A DNA stretch of 64,000 nucleotides from positions 32,001-96,000 of IMG/VR virus record IMGVR_UViG_3300009540_000001; one strand, 5' to 3'. The first letter of the stretch is position 1. Each line of letters begins with the position of its first letter. Below the pieces are notes generated by a model. That model was not told the origin of the DNA, did not search any database, and saw only the letters and a program-made list of their open reading frames with translations. Made by a program: the position numbers and the translations under genes. Origin of the DNA: a virus (Duplodnaviria > Caudoviricetes). Shown one piece after another: positions 40,190 through 49,182 of this stretch.

Positions 40190-40567
40190 GTGCCGAAGCT
40201 GTCCGACACCGTGAAGGGCGTAACCCAACGACAAGCAGCGTCGCTGCGGGGTTGGTACCGTAAGCCCGCCCCCGGCTTTTACGGGGTAAAGGACGGCTTC
40301 GACGCCGCCGCCAAAGGAGCGCACGTGAAGGTCTCGTCCGACAAGATCGCCGAGGCCCGCATGCGCGGCTACCTGCGCGTCCTCCAGAAGTACGCCCTCC
40401 TCGAGAAGTTCGACGAGCCGATCGAGGCCCTCGCGAAGCGCTTCGCGCAGAGCAACTTCGGCTACGGCGAGGACCCGAAGCCGCAGGCGAAGGGGCGGTT
40501 CCAGGGCTACGCCGGGGACCCGATGATGAGCCCGCCGAGCCCGGGTGCGACGCAGAGGAGCGTTTGA
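40190..40567 (+). CDS. Hypothetical protein between the RNAP genes
   Basis: 125-aa basic ORF containing DKIAE; coupled to the next gene. Confidence 0.55.
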   Translation: MPKLSDTVKGVTQRQAASLRGWYRKPAPGFYGVKDGFDAAAKGAHVKVSSDKIAEARMRGYLRVLQKYALLEKFDEPIEALAKRFAQSNFGYGEDPKPQAKGRFQGYAGDPMMSPPSPGATQRSV

Positions 40568-41232
40568 TGGGACCTGGAGCACAAGTCGCCCTGGCAATGG
40601 GCATTCCCGCCGCCGCCGCGTCGCTCGGGGCCCTCTACCTGATGACGCCGAAATACCTTCGGCGGCAGATCGGCGAAGAGTTCCGCGACCCGCGCCTCTA
40701 CTCGAACCTGCGCGGCGCCGTCTCGCTCGAAGACCGCGACGAACGCGTCCGTGCGCATCGACACCTCGGTAAGGGCGACGGAAGTGTGCTCGGGGCGATG
40801 GCGACGGGGTTCGGAAGGAAAGAGGCAGGCGTCAAGAAAGAAGCCATGATCAAAGTCGCATACTACAACTCCAAGGTCGCATCTCTCGGCGCCATCGCCG
40901 GCGCCGCTGGCCGAACGCTGATGCACAACCCTCGCGCTGCCGCGACCGTTGCAGGCGGTGCCGTCGGCGCGGGCGCTGGCGCCCTCGCAGCGGGGCCGGG
41001 GAACCGCCTCGCGGGAGCCGCAGGCGGCGCAGCGATCGGAGCAGGCGCGGGTAACCTCGCGACGCGCGGCGCTGCTGGGCGGGATGCCGTCGCAGGCGTA
41101 GGCCGTAGGTTGCGCGACGCCGCGCCCGCCAGGGCCATCCCCGCGCTCGGTAAGGCTGTGCCCAACGCGGTCGCTGCACCCGTCGCGGTTGCCGCACCCG
41201 CGTTCATGGGGCCGCCGGGCGCCGCACGCTGA
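40567..41232 (+). CDS. K-x-A / glycine-zipper putative head or ejection protein
   Basis: KKEA, IKVA and SKVA precede VAGGAVGAGAGALAAG...LAGAAGGAAIGAGAG. Confidence 0.55.
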   Translation: MGPGAQVALAMGIPAAAASLGALYLMTPKYLRRQIGEEFRDPRLYSNLRGAVSLEDRDERVRAHRHLGKGDGSVLGAMATGFGRKEAGVKKEAMIKVAYYNSKVASLGAIAGAAGRTLMHNPRAAATVAGGAVGAGAGALAAGPGNRLAGAAGGAAIGAGAGNLATRGAAGRDAVAGVGRRLRDAAPARAIPALGKAVPNAVAAPVAVAAPAFMGPPGAAR

Positions 41233-41235
41233 CCC

Positions 41236-43035
41236 ATGCAAACCTCCGTCGGCCAGTTCCTGATTAACGACGTCCTCCCCGACGGCTACAAGGTCAACGG
41301 CCCCATCAACAACAAGGGGCTGCACGACCACGTCGTCGGCCTCGCCAAGAGCGACCCGGCGAAGTACGTCCAAACGATCATGGCGCTCAAGCGGCGTGGC
41401 GACGAGATCGCCACGCATGAGGGCATCACCGTGGGGCTCGACGACATCGAGCCGGACTACGAAGCCCGCGACGCGATCATGAAGCCCGCCATCCTGAAGA
41501 TGAAAGGGCTCAAGACCGACAAGGCGAAGGAGACCCACATCCTCGAGACGCAAGCGGCGATGACGGCGCAGACGAAGCTCCACAAGGGCTCGATGACGCA
41601 CATGGCGCTCTCCGGCGCGCGCGGCAACATCGCGCAGCTGATGAAGATCGTCTCGACCCCGCTCGCCACGGTGCATCCGAAGCACGGCGTGTCGCACACG
41701 CTGTTCGATCGCTCGTACGCCGAAGGGCTCACCCCCGCGCAGTACTGGCTCGCAGGGCCTGAGATCCGCGCGAACGAAGTCGCGGCGCGCATCTCCGTGT
41801 CGGAGCCCGGCGAGATGGCGAAGGTCCTCGTCGCGAACACCGTGTCGCAGATCGTGACGCAGTCGGACTGCGGGACGATGAACGGCGTAAAGATGGGGGT
41901 CGACGACTCCCACACGCTGGATCGGCACACGCAGGAGACGCACGGTCTGCACAGGAATACGCTCGTGACGCCGCAACTCCTTCAGAACTTGAAGGCGCGC
42001 GGAGTAGGGGACCTTCTAGTAAGGTCTCCGATGACCTGCATCGCCCCTCGCGGCGTCTGTCAGATGTGCCAAGGCCACAACGAGAAGGGCCACCTGCACC
42101 CGATCGGCATGACCGTCGGCGTGCGCGCCGCGCAGGCCATGGCCGAGCCGCTGACCCAGATGGCGCTCTCGAGCCGCCACGGCACGCTGAGCGTCAAGGG
42201 AACGACGCAAGCCCCCACGGGGCTGAAGGGCGTGCGCCAGCTCTTGGATGTGCCTGCGGCGTTCAAGGGCGAAGCGACGCTCGCCCCCGAAGCGGGTGTC
42301 GTGGCGAAGATCGAGGTTGCGCCGCAAGGCGGGCACTTCATCACCGTGGGCTCGAAGAAGACGTACGCTCGGCCGGACTTCGCGCTGCGCGTGCGTGTCG
42401 GCGACCACGTCGAGTTCGGCGACGTCATGACCGACGGCGTCCCGCACCCCGCGAAGGTCGTAGCCGCCAAGGGCCTCGGCGCAGGGCGCAAGTACTTCGT
42501 CGACGCGATGCACAACCTGTACAAGGACGAAGGCGTCAACCTCGACAAGCGCCACCTGGAGCTCTTGGCGAAGTCGGAGATCAATCACGTCAGGTTGCTC
42601 GAGGCGGACCCGCACCACCCGGAGTTCCTCAAGGGAGACGTCATCAACTACAACTCCTTCCGGGACGCATATCACAAGGACTCGGAGAAGGTCCGCCTCT
42701 CCGACGCCGTAGGGCACCGCCTCGGGCAAGAGGTTCTGCATCACACCGTGGGCACGGTTCTCACGCCGTCCGTCCTCAAGGAGCTCGACAAACACGGGGT
42801 CCGTGAGGTAGCGGTTACCAAGGCCATGCCTCGGCTCGAGTTCGTGATGAAGCCGTTCGCGATGAACCCGCTGCTCGAGCAGGACTGGATGGCGCGCCTC
42901 GCCCACCGGTACCTGAAGTCCACAGTGCAAGAAGCAGCCCACTTCGGCGAAGTCGCAGACGTCCACGGGACCCACCCCGTCCCGGCGTACGCTTACGGTG
43001 CGGAGCTCCATCACGGGCCCGGAGGAATCTTCTGA
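41236..43035 (+). CDS. rpoC: RNA polymerase beta' C-terminal half
   Basis: SGARG, SYAEGL plus bridge helix, DCGT, VRSPMTC...GVCQMC zinc site, trigger loop AAQAMAEPLTQMALSSRH, GVNLDKRHLE. Confidence 0.92.
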   Translation: MQTSVGQFLINDVLPDGYKVNGPINNKGLHDHVVGLAKSDPAKYVQTIMALKRRGDEIATHEGITVGLDDIEPDYEARDAIMKPAILKMKGLKTDKAKETHILETQAAMTAQTKLHKGSMTHMALSGARGNIAQLMKIVSTPLATVHPKHGVSHTLFDRSYAEGLTPAQYWLAGPEIRANEVAARISVSEPGEMAKVLVANTVSQIVTQSDCGTMNGVKMGVDDSHTLDRHTQETHGLHRNTLVTPQLLQNLKARGVGDLLVRSPMTCIAPRGVCQMCQGHNEKGHLHPIGMTVGVRAAQAMAEPLTQMALSSRHGTLSVKGTTQAPTGLKGVRQLLDVPAAFKGEATLAPEAGVVAKIEVAPQGGHFITVGSKKTYARPDFALRVRVGDHVEFGDVMTDGVPHPAKVVAAKGLGAGRKYFVDAMHNLYKDEGVNLDKRHLELLAKSEINHVRLLEADPHHPEFLKGDVINYNSFRDAYHKDSEKVRLSDAVGHRLGQEVLHHTVGTVLTPSVLKELDKHGVREVAVTKAMPRLEFVMKPFAMNPLLEQDWMARLAHRYLKSTVQEAAHFGEVADVHGTHPVPAYAYGAELHHGPGGIF

Positions 43036-43772
43036 TGCCCCTCGACGAAGAGACGCTGTACGCCGTAAAGATCGCGGCTTGGGATCGCCGTGCGGCGCTT
43101 TACGGCGTAGAGAAGGTCGCCGTCGACTGGCGCGGCCTAGCGACGCGGGCCTTCGGCGAGAACAAAATTGCGCCGTCCAAACCCGGCTTCTGGAACAAAA
43201 CGAAGGCCTTTGGCAAGCACGTCGGCGAGTTCGGCCGCGAGATGATCCTCGGTAGCCCGATCACCGAGTACCAGAAGATGAAGGCCCGCATGGCGAAGCC
43301 CGGCGTCGGCCTCGGCCGAGCCCTCGCGGGCCATGCCAAGGACTTCTACATCACCCCCGACAGCAAGTTCTTCACCGCGCTCAACGTCGGTATGCCCGCG
43401 TTCGATCTCGGAAACACCCTGCTGCGCGGCGACCCCGATACACGTAAGGGCGACATCGCCCACGGCGTCGCGGGCATCGCAGCGGCGCCGTTTACCTCGC
43501 GCTTGGGGATCCCTGGGATGATGATCCAGCAGGCGGTACAGTCGGGGGCACAGTCGCTCGGACATCGGTTCGACAAGGCGAAGGACATGACGCCAACGGG
43601 GGGCCGCTCACAAGGACGGCAGTTGCTCGACCTCAGCGATCGTCCCCCTGTCGTCCCCTACCCCGCCCCGCTCGACCACCCTCTGATCACCGGCGCCCGC
43701 GAAGTCGCCAGGACCGCGCCGGCGCAACACGCCCTCAACGCCTTCAAAGCCTCCCAACCCACCTCGGGCTGA
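43035..43772 (+). CDS. K-x-A putative head protein
   Basis: VKIAA and EKVAV near the N-terminus; TGATG overlap with rpoC. Confidence 0.55.
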   Translation: MPLDEETLYAVKIAAWDRRAALYGVEKVAVDWRGLATRAFGENKIAPSKPGFWNKTKAFGKHVGEFGREMILGSPITEYQKMKARMAKPGVGLGRALAGHAKDFYITPDSKFFTALNVGMPAFDLGNTLLRGDPDTRKGDIAHGVAGIAAAPFTSRLGIPGMMIQQAVQSGAQSLGHRFDKAKDMTPTGGRSQGRQLLDLSDRPPVVPYPAPLDHPLITGAREVARTAPAQHALNAFKASQPTSG

Positions 43773-43806
43773 GTCCACCTAGACTTAGCCGCGCAAGGAG
43801 CAACAC

Positions 43807-45747
43807 GTGCAGACCAATCTGTTCACTCGTAACTACCTCAAGGGCGTGTCCGACGGTCTGATCGACCAGGGCGCCCTGGCCCCGTGGGGCGACGACAAGA
43901 TCGCGACCGAGGTCTTCGACAAGATCGCCAGCGATCACAACCTGCCCGCGATCCTGTCGGAGCAGCTCCCGGACGACGTGAACATCTCGCTCGGCCGGCA
44001 CCTCCAGCACTGGTCGAAGGTCGCGCACGAGAAGAACCTCGGCGCAGGCCCGACGGCCGTCGTGCAGGCGAAGCACGCCTCGCTCGCGTCGCGCGAGCTG
44101 CGCGCGGCCTCGAGCGCCGCGTACTACATGGACAAGGCCGCCGAAGACGGCGCGCTGAACGGCGTGGGCGAGAACACCCCCGAAGCCGCCACGGCGAACA
44201 ACGCCATCGCGCGCCTCGACCAGGCGAACCGCTCGACGTTCATGTACCTCGTCGGCATGGGCAACACGGACATGCCCGAGGGCGGCGTCGTGGGCCGGCA
44301 GATGGCGCACCCGATGGCGCCGAAGGGCCCGGCGATCAACAACTCGCTGACGGGGCTCGACAAGCAGGCCAGCGAGTCGGACTTCACCAAGGCCGCCAAC
44401 TTCATCGAGGCGCTCATGAAGCGCGGGGCGCAGCCCACGGTGAAGATGGTGCTCGCCGCCGCCAGCATGGCGGAAGGTGAGTACGACGGTCTCGAGCTGA
44501 TGACCGACATCGTTCGGCACGTGAAGACGGCCGAGGAGCTCGACGGCGCGCTCGACGACGTCAACAGCGCGACGGACGAGGCCTCGGCGCCTCCGAACCC
44601 GCAGCTCGTCGAGCTGATCGAGAAGGCGCTCGCGCACTACTTCGAGACGCACCCCGACATGGCCGGCGCGCACGGCGAGCCGGACGGCGACGAAGCTCCG
44701 GCGGACCCGGCGGGCGAAGGCGACGCGCCCCCGGCGCCGATGGAGGGAAAGACGGCGTCCACCATCAGCGGTCCGCGCAACCTGAAGGAAGTGCCCAAGG
44801 CCCTCGCCACGGGCGCGAAGCACATCGCCGGAAAGGCCAAAGACGAGCTCTCTCACGTTCCCAACTTCTTCAAGACGTTGAAGAACCGCAAGGATCTGAC
44901 CTCGGAGTTCGGCAAGGACATGGTCGATCGCACGCTCAAGGAGCACGGCAAGGGCGCGCTCCGCGTGGGTGGGGCGGCGGCGGGCGTTGGCGCGCTCGGC
45001 GCGGGCGCCGCGTATGCGGCGACGCGGGACAAGAAGAAGGAAGCGGCGTGGTACGACCCCGAGGTCCTCGGGACGGAAGCCCTCCACCGTGAAGGCCTCG
45101 CGCCGCTGGAGGTGGGCCCGGCCCTCGAGCACGCCGACGCGATGAAGCGCTACCTGGGCAAGGCCCCGCTGGGTGAGCGCGCGCTCGAAGGCGCCAAAGA
45201 CGTCGGGCACGCAGGCCTCGACAAGGTGAAGGCCCTCGGCGCGCTCATGAACCGCAACCGCCTCGCCACCGCCGGCATCGGCGCGGGCGTCCTCGGCCTC
45301 GGCGCGGGCGGCGCCTACCTTGCCTCGCGCGGCGGCTCGAAGGAAGCCCAGCTCCTCGCCGAGCTCTCCAAGGCCGCCACGGACGGCGCGCTGAACGACC
45401 CGGGGACCAACACCCCCGCCGAGGCCGCCGCCGTCAACGCAAACGCCCGGCTCGACATGCAGAACCGCAGGCCGGAAGAGTACCTGAACGGCGTGGGCGA
45501 CACCGCCATGCCGAACAAGGGCCATCTCGGCGAGAGCATGCCGGCGCCCAAGGGCCCGGCGAAGACCAACCCGCAGACGACGCCCGTGAAGGAAGCGTCG
45601 TTCGAAGCCTCGATCCGCTCGGCCGGCGAGTACTGGGGCCCCAAGCTCCCGGCTTCGATGCCGGTGAGCGAGAAGCGCGCGCACGTGATCGCGCTCGCGG
45701 GGATGCCCGAAGCGTACCGCGCGAACTACGTGCGGAACCTCGGCTAA
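43807..45747 (+). CDS. K-x-A-rich putative internal head protein with duplicated domain
   Basis: More than 10 K-x-A sites; duplicated KAA.DGALN...NTP..A...NA.ARLD..NR module; two Gly-rich hydrophobic segments; AAGGAG SD. Confidence 0.65.
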   Translation: MQTNLFTRNYLKGVSDGLIDQGALAPWGDDKIATEVFDKIASDHNLPAILSEQLPDDVNISLGRHLQHWSKVAHEKNLGAGPTAVVQAKHASLASRELRAASSAAYYMDKAAEDGALNGVGENTPEAATANNAIARLDQANRSTFMYLVGMGNTDMPEGGVVGRQMAHPMAPKGPAINNSLTGLDKQASESDFTKAANFIEALMKRGAQPTVKMVLAAASMAEGEYDGLELMTDIVRHVKTAEELDGALDDVNSATDEASAPPNPQLVELIEKALAHYFETHPDMAGAHGEPDGDEAPADPAGEGDAPPAPMEGKTASTISGPRNLKEVPKALATGAKHIAGKAKDELSHVPNFFKTLKNRKDLTSEFGKDMVDRTLKEHGKGALRVGGAAAGVGALGAGAAYAATRDKKKEAAWYDPEVLGTEALHREGLAPLEVGPALEHADAMKRYLGKAPLGERALEGAKDVGHAGLDKVKALGALMNRNRLATAGIGAGVLGLGAGGAYLASRGGSKEAQLLAELSKAATDGALNDPGTNTPAEAAAVNANARLDMQNRRPEEYLNGVGDTAMPNKGHLGESMPAPKGPAKTNPQTTPVKEASFEASIRSAGEYWGPKLPASMPVSEKRAHVIALAGMPEAYRANYVRNLG

Positions 45748-45768
45748 TCCTGACGGATTCGTAGCGAC

Positions 45769-45808
45769 GAAGGCTCGGAGAGGAAACTCTCCGGGCCTTC
45801 TCTCTTTT
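45769..45808 (+). terminator. Intrinsic terminator
   Basis: GAAGGCTCGGAGAG-GAAA-CTCTCCGGGCCTTC followed by TCTCTTTT. Confidence 0.75.
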
Positions 45809-45829
45809 ACGCTGTTCCCTTCTTTCGCT

Positions 45830-45835
45830 TACACT
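45830..45835 (+). promoter_or_regulatory. Candidate -10 element (TACACT) 6 nt before ATG; representative of a recurring set
   Basis: TAnnnT also sits 5-6 nt before starts at 48443, 52816, 58801 and 17337-17342 (minus strand). Confidence 0.5.
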
Positions 45836-45841
45836 TCGTGT

Positions 45842-48049
45842 ATGACCATGGACGGCGGCTTCCCCCTTTCTCAGTCCCCGCGCACGCAGGGCTTTCAGCA
45901 GCCCCCGGCAGGCCCGCAGGACGAGGAGGAGATCTTCTCGACGAGCTTCAGGGACCTCGCGTACCGCGCCTTCCAGAAGACGCAGCCGCAGCTGTTCCCC
46001 CAAGTCGTCACCTTTCGCGTGCTCGCCGTCGACGCCCCCAACGGGGAAGGTGTCGGCGCGTTCATCGTCAAGGCCGAGGGAGAGATCCTCTTCGTGCCGG
46101 TGGTCATCGCGGACAACGCCGTGAAGCCGCTCGACATGTTTTACGCGCGTTCGAAGGACCGGTTCTACCCGCTCACGTCCGAGTGGGTCGACCGCCTTCA
46201 GATGGACTCGGTGACGTCTCTCGGCGACGGCGTGAAGCCCCCGAAGGACCTGAACACCGACGTCGACATCCGCAACGTGATCGTGCCGCCGACGACGGGT
46301 CGGTACAGCTACGCGGAGCTCGAGCAGGAGTGCGTCGCGCCCTTTCGGGCGGCAGCGGCCTACGGTCGCGAGAAGCGCGCGTCCGAGACGCTCGTGTTCC
46401 CTGAGTTGCTCTCTCGCATGCCCGACGGCACGAAGATCGCGGCGGCCGAGTACCTGCGCGCGCACGTCGGCGTCTTCAAGAAGCTGGCCGAGGTGTACGG
46501 CGTAAAGACGCTGGACATGGCCCTGCGCCCCTCGCGTACGAAGGTCGCCCACGACCATCGCCTCGAAGTCCCCATGAAGCACGACATCTTCATGGCGGAC
46601 GCGTCGATGCCCTTCCAAGACGTGAAGAAGAGCCTCAGCAAGGACGAAGTGGGCCCCGCGTACCAGGCCATTCGACTGCACGGCTTCTACGTCAAGGATC
46701 GCCGCAAGAGCGTCCCCAACGACGTCGACGTCGTCGGTGAGTCGACCTTCGCGCTCGAGCGCCCGGAATCCTCGGGGCTTTACCGCGTGTTCCTCACGGA
46801 CGGCACGGTCGAGAAGGCCCTCGTCGTCGTGAACCCCATCGACATGAACGGCGGGGAGATGTCGGACACGTACCAGGCGAACCGACAGTACCGTCCGCGC
46901 ACCGAGTACCAGGTGTTCTTCCAGGACGGGCGAAGCGGCCTCGTCGATACGCTCCTCGCCGAGCCTGTCGCGACGGAAGCCTTCGAGGACATCGAAGAGT
47001 TCCTGAAGGGCTGCACCTCCGAGCGTCCGGGCAACGACGAGCACGGCGCTTTCGTGTGCGTGTGCGGCACGACGCTGCGCGCGACGCACATCTTCAAGGC
47101 GTGCGACGTGTCGAGCCATAACGACCTCGTGACGATGAAGGCGAACTCGGAGTTCGGTCCGCCCGTGATCTTCTCGAAGAAGATGTCGGGCCCGGCCGTC
47201 ATCCGACCCGCTGGCCAGAACACCATGGTCATCCCTGGCTCGTACAAGTGGTTCAAGTCGAAGACGAAGACGCAGCCCGCCGCGCCCTTCCCCGGCGCCA
47301 AGCCGTACGTCAGCGCGGACCTGTTGACGGAGCAGTCGTTCCTCACGAACGCCGACATGATCCACCGCATGGTCGAGCGCGGCGTCGAGAAGACCGCGTC
47401 CGCGAAGATCTACTGCGTGAAGCACGGCTCGGACTTCGTCATCGAACCGGGCGGCTTCCCGCTCAAGGCCGTCGCGGCCACGGTGAAGCTCGCGTCGCGG
47501 TACGGCGTCACCCTCGGTGACGCCTCGCGCGTTGTCGAGGCGACGGCCAACGGCCTGCGCTTTACGGCGTACGCCACGCCGAAGCTGGCCGCTGGCGAAG
47601 CGCCTCCCCAGGCTCCGCAGCCCGACCCGGCCGCTGAAGCCGCAGCACAGGCCGCCATGCCCCCGCCCCCGCCCTCGGGGATGGAGCTCGCCCTCGCCGA
47701 GAAGATGCAGCTGCTTCAGCAGCAGCAAGCGTCCATCGCGCAGATGCAGCAGCTCGTGAGCGAGCTCCAGCAGCGCGCAATGGGCATCGACCAGGGCGGC
47801 GGGGCGATGGCCGCGCCGATGGCCGCCGCAGGGATGCAGGCGGGAGCTCCGGCGGACCCCGGCGCGATGGCGCCGGTGCCGGGCATGCCCGGCGACCCGG
47901 CGATGGCACAAGGCGGAGCGCCGCAGGGTGCGCCCCAAGACCCGAACGCCATGGCGGCGCAGGGCGCGCCCCAAGACCCGAACGCGATGCCGATGGACCC
48001 GAACGCGATGCCTGCGCAAGGGCAGGACCCGTTCATGGGAGGCATGTAG
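45842..48049 (+). CDS. K-x-A-rich putative head/core protein (N-part; in frame with 48074-48445 across one TAG)
   Basis: EKRAS, TKIAA, KKLAE, TKVAH, EKTAS, VKLAS, PKLAA; Q/P/M/G-rich tail with GAPQDPNAM repeats. Confidence 0.65.
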   Translation: MTMDGGFPLSQSPRTQGFQQPPAGPQDEEEIFSTSFRDLAYRAFQKTQPQLFPQVVTFRVLAVDAPNGEGVGAFIVKAEGEILFVPVVIADNAVKPLDMFYARSKDRFYPLTSEWVDRLQMDSVTSLGDGVKPPKDLNTDVDIRNVIVPPTTGRYSYAELEQECVAPFRAAAAYGREKRASETLVFPELLSRMPDGTKIAAAEYLRAHVGVFKKLAEVYGVKTLDMALRPSRTKVAHDHRLEVPMKHDIFMADASMPFQDVKKSLSKDEVGPAYQAIRLHGFYVKDRRKSVPNDVDVVGESTFALERPESSGLYRVFLTDGTVEKALVVVNPIDMNGGEMSDTYQANRQYRPRTEYQVFFQDGRSGLVDTLLAEPVATEAFEDIEEFLKGCTSERPGNDEHGAFVCVCGTTLRATHIFKACDVSSHNDLVTMKANSEFGPPVIFSKKMSGPAVIRPAGQNTMVIPGSYKWFKSKTKTQPAAPFPGAKPYVSADLLTEQSFLTNADMIHRMVERGVEKTASAKIYCVKHGSDFVIEPGGFPLKAVAATVKLASRYGVTLGDASRVVEATANGLRFTAYATPKLAAGEAPPQAPQPDPAAEAAAQAAMPPPPPSGMELALAEKMQLLQQQQASIAQMQQLVSELQQRAMGIDQGGGAMAAPMAAAGMQAGAPADPGAMAPVPGMPGDPAMAQGGAPQGAPQDPNAMAAQGAPQDPNAMPMDPNAMPAQGQDPFMGGM

Positions 48050-48073
48050 CCCGAGCAGCCGCCGCCCACGGCC

Positions 48074-48445
48074 ATGATGCCCAAGGCCCCGAACCCCGCG
48101 ATGTTCGAGCAGGATGTCAACCCCGATCACCTGGGCGACGCGCAGGCGCTGAACGACCAGGGCGTCTTCGACGCAGCGGCGGTCGCGTCGCTCGCGAACG
48201 TGCGCAGCGTGAAGGACCTCTTGCAGAACTACACGCCGGTGCTCGACAACGCCCTCGACCGCTTGGGTCGCTCGTTGCTCTTGCTCTACGTGAAGGGTCG
48301 CGAGATCCGCGAGCGCATCGGCGAAGAGGCGTACACGCAGCTCGAGCAGAAGGTGCGCGATACGTTCCGCATGCTCGGTGAGTCCCTCATGTCGATCGAG
48401 CAGTACGGCGATCAGATGTTGCCGCGCGGCGCGAGAACTGCGTAA
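48074..48445 (+). CDS. Helical protein, possibly the C-terminal part of the upstream gene
   Basis: Same frame as the 45842 ORF, separated only by TAG and 8 sense codons. Confidence 0.5.
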   Translation: MMPKAPNPAMFEQDVNPDHLGDAQALNDQGVFDAAAVASLANVRSVKDLLQNYTPVLDNALDRLGRSLLLLYVKGREIRERIGEEAYTQLEQKVRDTFRMLGESLMSIEQYGDQMLPRGARTA

Positions 48446-48454
48446 GCTTCCTTC

Positions 48455-49159
48455 ATGTCACGCCCGCGCACGCCGTGGGCCGCGTACGACCGGATACGAG
48501 ACGCAGCCTCGGCTCCCGACGACCCCCTCGAACGCGAGCTCTACGCCCTGTTGACCGGCGCCCCGCCGGTCGACGCGGGCCTGCGCGCCACGGTCGAGAC
48601 CGCGTACGACCTACACGAGAGCGAGGCGCGCCACGCGCTCAACGCGCTCGTGATGTGCGACGCAGCGCCGGACGAGGTGAACGCCGCGCTCGAGCTCGCG
48701 GACGGCGTGTACGACGCCTACCAGACGCTGTTCTTCGATCGGGACCACTTCCGCAACGTCTTCGACATCCGCGCGTTCGTGAAGACGCTTCCGGAGGACG
48801 AGGACGTGCAAGAGGTCTATAAGCTCGCGCTCACCGAGGGCGCAGGGCGCCTCCTCGATCGGTACCGCGTAAAGGAGGCCCCCGCCCCTGCCCCCGACAA
48901 GGTCTTGGGGGATATGATGCGCGAGACGCACAGCCGCGCCTTCGAACATCGCGGGCGCTCCATCACGAGCCGGGCCGCACAGGAGTCCTTCAAGTGGGGC
49001 CGCGCCGCCGCACAGAACGCGCTGGCCGCCAAACAGGCGACCACCAGTGACCAAGTCGGCAGCACGCTCCAGGCCTTGAAGTTCGCGCTGCGCACCGAGG
49101 ACCCGACCAAGGACCTTACGGAACTTGGCGTCACGAAAGACGAGATCCTCAGTGGCTGA
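48455..49159 (+). CDS. Hypothetical protein
   Basis: 234-aa ORF; TAAGCT 6 nt before the ATG. Confidence 0.6.
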   Translation: MSRPRTPWAAYDRIRDAASAPDDPLERELYALLTGAPPVDAGLRATVETAYDLHESEARHALNALVMCDAAPDEVNAALELADGVYDAYQTLFFDRDHFRNVFDIRAFVKTLPEDEDVQEVYKLALTEGAGRLLDRYRVKEAPAPAPDKVLGDMMRETHSRAFEHRGRSITSRAAQESFKWGRAAAQNALAAKQATTSDQVGSTLQALKFALRTEDPTKDLTELGVTKDEILSG

Positions 49160-49182
49160 CCCACCTACCTTTAGGCCGACGC

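Noticed and set aside
35297-43035. Bacterial chromosomal rpoBC operon
   Set aside because: No ribosomal-protein or nusG context. It is flanked by portal and head genes, and shares the dispersed motif and codon style with the phage genes.
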